Positions 57,156 to 64,000 of a DNA stretch of 64,000 bases are shown piece after piece. The position numbers were made by a program, and so were the translations under genes. The notes below the pieces were generated by a model, which saw only the letters and a program-made list of their open reading frames with translations, was not told the DNA's origin and made no database searches. Positions within the stretch are counted from its first letter, which is position 1; each line of letters begins with the position of its first letter. The DNA comes from Alphaproteobacteria bacterium (GTDB taxonomy: Bacteria; Pseudomonadota; Alphaproteobacteria; RF32; CAG-239), in contig JAZUAM010000020.1 in the NCBI GenBank assembly GCA_045637985.1, forward strand, positions 66,379 through 130,378, read 5' to 3'.

Positions 57156-57805
57156 GATTTTTGCGCCTTTTTGATATCATCAGTATTAACAAACATAAAA
57201 TCTTTTCGTGTTTTTCGTTCTTTAATGGCATTATTTACCCATCTCGGATATTTATAAAAAACTCGAAAATAATATTTATCCATTAAAAAGATTAATTTAT
57301 AAGGATCACGTCCGGAGTTATCAAACACCGCCGCCAAATCACTACGAGCCAACATATCCGGAAAATTTTTAATAACTCTCGGATATCTGCGTTCTATATC
57401 CTCGGGAGGTACTGAATGTCCGCCTTCATTAACTCTTTTTTGTACACGAGTATGTGATAACTCGACTTTGGATAATCCGATAAAAACAGTTCCGACTTTA
57501 TATCCTTTTTTATGAGCTTCTTCCATTATTCTTAAATGTGTTCGCCCTGATGATGTTGTTTCATAAACAAAATTTTTCTTTTGTTTAAAATTATTCGCTA
57601 TCTCAGCCCTGACTTTACGTCCGGCCATGACCATATAATCATTTGGATCTCCATCTCCGGCGAATTCTTTGGCATAATTATCCAGATTTATAAAGGGTGC
57701 ATTTTTAAACAAAGGATCGCTACGTAAAATTGTTTCATAAAACGTAGATTTTCCTGCACCGTTCGGACCGGCAATAATCAACAACCAGTTTTCTTTTTTA
57801 CTCAT
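57110..57805 (-). CDS. zeta-toxin family P-loop kinase (COG4185-like)
   Basis: 231 aa with Walker A 'IAGPNGAGKSTF' near the N-terminus. It is translationally coupled (ATGA) to a small upstream ORF. Confidence 0.6.
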   Translation of the reverse strand: MSKKENWLLIIAGPNGAGKSTFYETILRSDPLFKNAPFINLDNYAKEFAGDGDPNDYMVMAGRKVRAEIANNFKQKKNFVYETTSSGRTHLRIMEEAHKKGYKVGTVFIGLSKVELSHTRVQKRVNEGGHSVPPEDIERRYPRVIKNFPDMLARSDLAAVFDNSGRDPYKLIFLMDKYYFRVFYKYPRWVNNAIKERKTRKDFMFVNTDDIKKAQKSHLQEIALKLFGKSR

Positions 57806-57981
57806 CTAATTCTCTTCAGCAAAACTTCATTATAATTATAATCAAGCCTGATTTCCCATTTTTCGCCTGTTTTCAGCTCTTTTATCAACAATCCGTTTTC
57901 TTCATAATAATGAGGAAAGCTGATTTTTTTTACATCATCGCTTTTTAGTCTTGCAAATTTTCTTTTCAAATATTCCATCAT
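57802..57981 (-). CDS. putative antitoxin (small ORF absent from the supplied track)
   Basis: Hand translation: MMEYLKRKFARLKSDDVKKISFPHYYEENGLLIKELKTGEKWEIRLDYNYNEVLLKRIR*. Its TGA overlaps the ATG of the zeta-like gene. Confidence 0.5.
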   Translation of the reverse strand: MMEYLKRKFARLKSDDVKKISFPHYYEENGLLIKELKTGEKWEIRLDYNYNEVLLKRIR

Positions 57982-58111
57982 TTTAATAACTCACTTTTTT
58001 AGTAATCTTAATTAATTTATGGGGTATAATTAAAACAAAACAACTCATTATTACAATAAACTATAGGAAATAATAGTTTTTATACAAACCCTGTCAGTCT
58101 AAAGAAAGTAA

Positions 58112-58142
58112 AAAGACTCTCAGAAAATCTCTGAAAGTCTTT
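58112..58142 (-). terminator. terminator downstream of tRNA-Lys (minus strand)
   Basis: aaagactctcaga (58112-58124) pairs with tctgaaagtcttt (58130-58142) as a 13-bp stem with one mismatch. T-rich sequence follows on the minus strand. Confidence 0.5.
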
Positions 58143-58149
58143 ATTTTAT

Positions 58150-58225
58150 TGGTGAGCTCGGGCGGGTTCGAACCGCCGACCCTTTGATTAAAAGTCAAAT
58201 GCTCTACCGACTGAGCTACGAGCCC
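58150..58225 (-). tRNA. tRNA-Lys (UUU)
   Basis: The reverse complement folds as a cloverleaf. Acceptor gggctcg/cgagctc, D arm gctc-agtcggta-gagc, anticodon arm tttga-ctTTTaa-tcaaa, T arm ggcgg-ttcgaac-ccgcc, with an encoded CCA. Confidence 0.92.
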
Positions 58226-58387
58226 GCATCAAATGGTCGAAGGTATGTATAAAAGATAAAAAAAATTAAGTCAACTAAAAAAAACAAAAAAAATAAAAAA
58301 GTTAAAAAAATAAAAAATGTAAGAGATTTATTAATAATTACTTGTTAAACTAAACGCAAAATTACTGTAAGAATCTATGAGGCTAAT

Positions 58388-58711
58388 ATGGTAAATACTA
58401 ATAATCCAGCAGAAAACAACGAAGGTACATACGAAATTTTACAAAATGCTGAGGGTGAAATCCTTATTATGATAAAACAACGCCGCGGTGGTCCGGAAAA
58501 TCCTCGTTTTGTTTATGATGGCGGTGAAACTGCCTTATTATACAGGAGTCGCGAGAGTTCGGTATTTTTAGGCGGAATCAACCAAGACGCCCGCAGTCCG
58601 CTCAAAGCCGTTGATGAAGTTCTTGTTGCGGAAATAGATGGGGATGAAGTTGCCCGCGAATATGTTGTTCCTGTTCGTTTGGTTAGAGATCTTAAGGCTG
58701 TATTAAGTTAG
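58388..58711 (+). CDS. hypothetical soluble protein
   Basis: 107-aa ORF with GC-richer codon usage than the flanks and a strong terminator after it. No domain recognised. Confidence 0.5.
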   Translation: MVNTNNPAENNEGTYEILQNAEGEILIMIKQRRGGPENPRFVYDGGETALLYRSRESSVFLGGINQDARSPLKAVDEVLVAEIDGDEVAREYVVPVRLVRDLKAVLS

Positions 58712-58738
58712 GCAACTTGTTATACAATATATTAAAAT

Positions 58739-58767
58739 AAGGGCTTTAAAAGCCCTTGTTTTTTTTA
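58739..58767 (+). terminator. rho-independent terminator
   Basis: aagggctt (58739-58746) pairs with aagccctt (58750-58757), then gtttttttt. Confidence 0.7.
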
Positions 58768-58806
58768 TATATTAACCTCAAACAAAAAAAGAAATAAGGT
58801 TTATTT

Positions 58807-60459
58807 ATGATTTTACAGTTATTTATAACACTATTGCTTATATCTGTTACATCAATGCTGATAACTCAAAGGCGGCGCAAAAGAATATGGTCTGTATTAG
58901 TATTGGCGGTATTATGTATTGTTGCATACTTTTTTATGCAAAGTATCAGCACAAACACCCAAGGAGGTTTTATTTATCAGTGGCTTCCCTATAGCAATTT
59001 AAAAGCCGATATTATGATTTCTTCTTCTGTTCAAATAAGGCAAGTACTTATACCTATGATATTTATTACATCGTTTTTGCTTTATTTTAATATCATTTCA
59101 TCCGCAGAACAGCACGCACTCAATTTTAATACTCTGCTTTTATTAAATCTGGTAGGTTTTATTTTGCTGATATCCGGCAATGATTTTTTTCAAATAATGT
59201 TTGCCAGTTGTATGCTTTCTGTTATCGGTTTTTATATGCCGGATTTTATTTTGCCCAAGAAAAAGTTATTTATTTTTAATTTTTTATCTGAAATGGCAAT
59301 TTTTACGGCCTTAGCCATAATTTACGGCAAAATAGGTTCAATAAGTCTCACTACTCTGCCGCAATTTGTAAAAAACGGGCATCACAAAGATCTTGTTGCC
59401 GGATTGTTTATGTTTGCGATAGGATGTAAATGCGGATTGTTTTTATTAAATGGTCAATTTCACGATTTAAAATATGCATTATTTAATCGTATGATAAGTA
59501 TAATGAGTATATCAACACCATTATCCGGAATAATTCTTTTCATAAAATTCAAACCTGTTTTGCTTGCAAACACATTATTTGAAGATGTTTTTCCTTTTTG
59601 GCTTACTATATCCGTAATAACATCATTATTTAGTGCTTTGATAAACAACAATATCAGGTCAAAGGCAATTAGTTTTGCTCTTTGTTTATATTCGGTTTCA
59701 TTAATGATGGTTTATAACGATTCGTCGGCACTATACAATATCATTACCATATTGATTCCGACTTTAATAATAACAATGACAATAATTTTAATTGTTTCTG
59801 TTTTATCATCAGATGAAAAAGATATATCTTATCTTGATAGTTTTTTGGGTAAGCGTAATTTTGTTTTAACACTGATTTTATTCATTGCTGCTATTTCTCT
59901 TTTAACATCAAAAGCTACGTCACTATATATTGATATTTCAACAAATATTTATCTTTTTGTTTTGGCAATTATTATCAAAATGCTTTATTTTAAGACATTT
60001 CGCAAACAAAAAACATTGTTGATGCCAATACAAAGCATTAGTTTTTTATATTGGTTTCCTCTTTTATTACTTTCGCTTTTCTTGATATGGCAAAGCTTTA
60101 TCTGGCCAAATCCGAGATTTATATCGATGATGATAATTTGTATGGCAGCCGTTTTGTTAACTCCTGCAAGATTATTTATAAGGTTCGGACAAGCAAAGAT
60201 ATGGCAATTTGATATTTTATCCTATATATACGAAATATTTTTAATCAAGCCACTGCGTTATATCGGAAGATTTTTATGGCTTGCATTTGATATTATGGTA
60301 ATTGAACGCAGCATAATATCAACCATATCACACACAACAAAAATAATTATTTCCGGAGTTCACAAATTGCAAGAAACCGGACGATGGAGCTGTTTAATCA
60401 GTATTGCCATAGGGATATCCATAATGCTTATTTATTGGGGAGTATATATAAATGAGTAA
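58807..60459 (+). CDS. highly divergent NuoL/ND5-like (Proton_antipo_M family) membrane protein
   Basis: 550 aa, polytopic. 'LLISGNDFFQIMFASCMLSVIGFYM' aligns by eye with the NuoL TM5 region. First of three tandem antiporter-like genes. Confidence 0.5.
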   Translation: MILQLFITLLLISVTSMLITQRRRKRIWSVLVLAVLCIVAYFFMQSISTNTQGGFIYQWLPYSNLKADIMISSSVQIRQVLIPMIFITSFLLYFNIISSAEQHALNFNTLLLLNLVGFILLISGNDFFQIMFASCMLSVIGFYMPDFILPKKKLFIFNFLSEMAIFTALAIIYGKIGSISLTTLPQFVKNGHHKDLVAGLFMFAIGCKCGLFLLNGQFHDLKYALFNRMISIMSISTPLSGIILFIKFKPVLLANTLFEDVFPFWLTISVITSLFSALINNNIRSKAISFALCLYSVSLMMVYNDSSALYNIITILIPTLIITMTIILIVSVLSSDEKDISYLDSFLGKRNFVLTLILFIAAISLLTSKATSLYIDISTNIYLFVLAIIIKMLYFKTFRKQKTLLMPIQSISFLYWFPLLLLSLFLIWQSFIWPNPRFISMMIICMAAVLLTPARLFIRFGQAKIWQFDILSYIYEIFLIKPLRYIGRFLWLAFDIMVIERSIISTISHTTKIIISGVHKLQETGRWSCLISIAIGISIMLIYWGVYINE

Positions 60460-61882
60460 TCCTTTTGCTATCCTTTCTCTTATCATAAGCATCCCTTTTT
60501 TAGGTATGTTATTTGTATTAACAGCCAAGGATGACGTAGAAACTCAGGGACGCAACAGTTCAAATGTTGCCATTTTTACCATCGTATCTAATTTAGTATT
60601 AATATGGCGTGTTTTTATGTTGATTGATGAACAAAAACTTAAACTTCAATTATTTGAAAAATTCAATTGGGTTTCAGCGCCGGATATAAATTTGGTTTTT
60701 GCGGTTGACAATTTATCACTAATGATGATTTTAGCCATCCACTTAGTTATTTTAATGGGTATTATTTTTGTCCGAAACACATCTGATTGCAAAAAATCTC
60801 TTATGGTTTTTACGTTGTTGTTTTTAAGTATGTCAACCGGACTGTTTGTTGCCGCCGATATTTTTTCATTTTTCATATTTTTTGAAGCAATGTTATTACC
60901 GTTATTTATGTTAATAGGTATGTTTGGCGGTATTAAAAAACCTGAAAAAATAAATGGCTTTTTCTTATATAACCTGATAGGCGCTTTAATATTTTTCTGT
61001 GGAATTTTGTTGGTGTATAAATATTACGGAAGTCTTACTTTAGATAAAACATTCAAAATATTATGGAAGAAAAATTGCGGTGGGTTTATTTGGGCTGCTT
61101 TGGCACTTGGGTTTATTTCTCGTATACCTGTTTGGCCTTTTCACTACTGGATATCATCCATAACCACCAAGATTCATAATCCTCTTGTTTTTATATCCTC
61201 GGCAGTTCTTCCTCTCAGCGGAATTTATGGTTTAATAAGGTTTTGGCCACGCCAAATTCCACTTGAAATTTCTCAATATTTTGTCTGGCTCAATGTTGTT
61301 GGAACGGTAACAATGCTATTTATAAGTCTTATCGGTTTTATAAATAAAGAAACTCAATATAAGATATTTTCTTTTGTAACCGTATATTACATAATGTATT
61401 TATTGGGTATTTTCAGTCAGGATAAACTGATTACCAACAACATAGGATATGCATTATTTGGCTTTTTAATAGTTTTTGCCACGCTTGAAGTTTTATCTGC
61501 GTACATTTATCGCCAAGAACAATCAAACAACAGCATATCCTCCGGTTTTTTATGCCGAGCCAAACGATTGTCGACATCATACTCATTTATAACTTTTGCT
61601 GCTGCGGGTTTTCCTGTGTCTGCAATGTTTACCAACAATTTTCTGATTTTATCTAAATTACTGTCATACAATATACATATGGGAGCAGTCCTCATTATGT
61701 CATGTATCATTGCATCTGCGACACTTATTTCGGAAATGTTTCGTCTCAAAACCGAAAATAAAGAATGTCGATTGAGCAAATCAGAGGATATCAGTTTTGG
61801 TCGCTTTATCTTCATAATATTTATTATGTTTATGCTTTTAATGTCTTTTATCAGACCGCTTTGGTTTGTAATAAATGAATAG
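60452..61882 (+). CDS. divergent NuoM/ND4-like membrane protein
   Basis: 476 aa with 'FSFFIFFEAMLLPLFMLIGMFGG', 'FFLYNLIGALIFF', 'IPVWPFHYW' and 'GIYGLIRF', which parallel NuoM TM5-TM8 landmarks. Confidence 0.65.
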   Translation: MSNPFAILSLIISIPFLGMLFVLTAKDDVETQGRNSSNVAIFTIVSNLVLIWRVFMLIDEQKLKLQLFEKFNWVSAPDINLVFAVDNLSLMMILAIHLVILMGIIFVRNTSDCKKSLMVFTLLFLSMSTGLFVAADIFSFFIFFEAMLLPLFMLIGMFGGIKKPEKINGFFLYNLIGALIFFCGILLVYKYYGSLTLDKTFKILWKKNCGGFIWAALALGFISRIPVWPFHYWISSITTKIHNPLVFISSAVLPLSGIYGLIRFWPRQIPLEISQYFVWLNVVGTVTMLFISLIGFINKETQYKIFSFVTVYYIMYLLGIFSQDKLITNNIGYALFGFLIVFATLEVLSAYIYRQEQSNNSISSGFLCRAKRLSTSYSFITFAAAGFPVSAMFTNNFLILSKLLSYNIHMGAVLIMSCIIASATLISEMFRLKTENKECRLSKSEDISFGRFIFIIFIMFMLLMSFIRPLWFVINE

Positions 61883-61893
61883 GGAGAATTAAA

Positions 61894-63318
61894 TTGTTAC
61901 AAAATTGGTTTATTCTTATGCCGGAACTTTTTCTTCTTGGGTTTTATATTATAGCATTACCTGTTGAAATTTATCATACGGAAAAGACATCAAAAACATT
62001 TTTTTCAATAGCTCAATTTTGTATATTAGCATCAATGAGTTCGACCATCCTTTTTTATAACAAAAGCGCATTTCCGCCACTTTGGCAAAATACTCCCTTT
62101 ACAACATTATTTAAGACTTTTTCATATCTTTTGTCGTGGGCATGGTTTTATCTTTCATCCAAATGGTTTTTAAATAAAAATCGTCCGTCTTTCAAATTTT
62201 ATTCAATATGCTTTGCAATACTTTTCTTGCTCAACATTTTGGCATCAAGTTCATCTTTGTTGACGTTATCTTGCGTTGTTCCGTTGATTTGCATTTTTTA
62301 TCGACTGCTTATTTTACGTCATTGGGATGTTGATAAAGTCAGACATATTGCAAACACATACAGTATTTGCAGCGTGTTGTTTTGTTTGCTTCTATGGTGT
62401 GGAACAGCAATAATATATTATTGCGCAGGGGCTTTTGAATATTCCGAAATCAACAAATTTTTATCATCTTCATCCGATATACCATCTTATATATTGCTTG
62501 GGATATATTCAATTTTGATATGTTTTATGTTTATTATGGCTTTGGTTCCTTTTCACAGTTGGTTTATAGGTTTTATATCTAACGGCGTTTTACCGGTCTG
62601 TGGTTTTATCACGTTAGTTCCTCCGCTTATTTTTCTTTGTTCACTAATTCGACTGGTTACGGAATGTTTTTATCCTTTTATATCTGAAATAATCTCAATA
62701 ATCGGTCTGTTTTCTTTGCTTTCATTGATTATAGGAGCTGTTTCGGCAAATCGCGAATGCAATATCAGACGTCTTTTCGGTTATATAAGTATTTATTGTA
62801 CCGGTTTTACATTAATAGGAATCCTCAATTTTTCAGATAAATCAATAATTGCATCTTTTGCATACACAATCATATCGATTTTATCTTTTGCCGGAATTTA
62901 TACGGTGTTTTTGGGGTTAAAATCACGCGGTGATTATCTCAGTTCTACAACGGATATAAGCGGTTTTTACACAGTACGTCCGTATATGTCCGCTGCTTTT
63001 TTAATATTTATGTTTTCTCTTATCGGTTTGGCGCCGACGTTGGGATTTTTCGGATATTTATCAATTTTCAACAATTTAATAGGAATTAGTGCGTGGTGGC
63101 GTTTAGGTCTGATGATGCTAAGTATGCTTTTTGTCGCTAATGCCTGTTTACAGATTGTCCGTATAATATATTTTGACAAAGCCACAATCAAGTTTGATAG
63201 AACAGACAAAGCAATATACATATGTTTATTCATAAATGTTATCTTTATTTTAGTTTCTTTAATAAATCCTGCTTGGTTGCTTTCTGATGCTCTTATAATT
63301 TTAGGAGGAATTTCATGA
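61894..63318 (+). CDS. divergent NuoN/ND2-like membrane protein
   Basis: 474 aa with TTG start and GGGAGA upstream. 'ALVPFHSWF' and 'FSLIGLAPTLGFFGY' parallel NuoN landmarks. Its stop overlaps the birA ATG. Confidence 0.55.
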   Translation: MLQNWFILMPELFLLGFYIIALPVEIYHTEKTSKTFFSIAQFCILASMSSTILFYNKSAFPPLWQNTPFTTLFKTFSYLLSWAWFYLSSKWFLNKNRPSFKFYSICFAILFLLNILASSSSLLTLSCVVPLICIFYRLLILRHWDVDKVRHIANTYSICSVLFCLLLWCGTAIIYYCAGAFEYSEINKFLSSSSDIPSYILLGIYSILICFMFIMALVPFHSWFIGFISNGVLPVCGFITLVPPLIFLCSLIRLVTECFYPFISEIISIIGLFSLLSLIIGAVSANRECNIRRLFGYISIYCTGFTLIGILNFSDKSIIASFAYTIISILSFAGIYTVFLGLKSRGDYLSSTTDISGFYTVRPYMSAAFLIFMFSLIGLAPTLGFFGYLSIFNNLIGISAWWRLGLMMLSMLFVANACLQIVRIIYFDKATIKFDRTDKAIYICLFINVIFILVSLINPAWLLSDALIILGGIS

Positions 63319-64000
63319 GCAATCTGTTAAACGACAAATGGCAACATATTCAATACGACGAAGTAACATCAACTAATGATATTGCAAAAAAACACACAAA
63401 TCATCAAACACCTTTTATCATTACATCCAAAAAACAATCAGCCGGTCGGGGACGACACGGACGTAATTGGCAAAGTCTGGAAGGAAACCTATTTCTAAGC
63501 CAATTAATACCGAATGATATTCCCGTAACACATCTTGTTTTTGTGTCATCATTGAGCATTGCGGAAACACTTCGTGAAATAACAAATGAAGACATAATTA
63601 TCAAATGGCCCAATGATGTATTAGTCAATCGAAAAAAAATAAGCGGTATATTAATAGAGACGTATGAAGACAAAATAATTATAGGCATTGGTGTCAATCT
63701 GGTTTCGCATCCTGATTTAAACGATACTATTTATCCTGCAACAGATTTACAATCATTAGGTTACAGTGTACAACCTGATGATTTTTTGCAAATTTACATC
63801 CGATATTTTGATAAAAATCTGGCGCTTTGCAGTCAAAACTTTTCAATTATTCGGCAAAAATGGCTTGAGTTTGCCAAATATTTAAACTCCCCCATAAAAG
63901 TGCGTTATTCTGATTATACTAAAGAAGGCCTGTTTAAGGGTATTGACGAACACGGCTTTTTATTGTTAGAACAAGAAGACACAATAACCAAAATCGCTGC
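63315..64000 (+). CDS. birA: biotin--[acetyl-CoA-carboxylase] ligase (3' end outside window)
   Basis: AGGAGG at 63304-63309. 'SAGRGRHGRNWQS' and 'KWPNDVLV'. Open to the window end, so it is absent from the track. Confidence 0.85.
   Translation, partial: MSNLLNDKWQHIQYDEVTSTNDIAKKHTNHQTPFIITSKKQSAGRGRHGRNWQSLEGNLFLSQLIPNDIPVTHLVFVSSLSIAETLREITNEDIIIKWPNDVLVNRKKISGILIETYEDKIIIGIGVNLVSHPDLNDTIYPATDLQSLGYSVQPDDFLQIYIRYFDKNLALCSQNFSIIRQKWLEFAKYLNSPIKVRYSDYTKEGLFKGIDEHGFLLLEQEDTITKIA

Overview
AT-rich chromosomal segment, most likely from a host-associated alphaproteobacterium. The lineage call rests on a PopZ/DUF2497-like C-terminus, DUF4167-prmC adjacency, lpxI between lpxA and lpxB, and nuoN-like/birA adjacency. 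About two thirds is core housekeeping: valS, clpB, prmC, rpoH, asnS, topA-dprA-plsY, the envelope operon pyrH-frr-uppS-cdsA-rseP-bamA-lpxD-fabZ-lpxA-lpxI-lpxB-comEC, thrS, mlaC-mlaA, and a birA start at the right edge. Accessory material is interleaved with it. (1) A two-gene cassette splits fabZ from lpxA and is bracketed by a 26-nt direct repeat; it encodes a protein with a serum-amyloid-A-like C-terminal half and a Cys-rich exported protein. (2) A teichoic-acid/capsule-type polyol-phosphate cluster holds tagD, licD, an hxlR-type regulator, a tarI/ispD-like gene, an SDR-TagF fusion, a second TagF-like gene, a decayed TagF remnant and a pyruvyl transferase. (3) A GT8-GT2-GT2-CgeB-like glycosyltransferase block lies on the minus strand. 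(4) Two arrays of short 'gtcat...' palindromic repeats sit at the borders of very AT-rich sub-blocks. (5) A tRNA-Phe/tRNA-Lys-associated islet carries an RNase H-like gene, small ORFs, a 939-aa highly charged protein, a PHP phosphoesterase and a zeta-toxin-like TA pair whose 59-aa partner is missing from the ORF track. (6) Three tandem, strongly diverged NuoL/M/N-like membrane proteins have no nuoA-K upstream. I saw no rRNA, CRISPR array, transposase or integrase. All calls come from reading motifs by eye; no searches were run.
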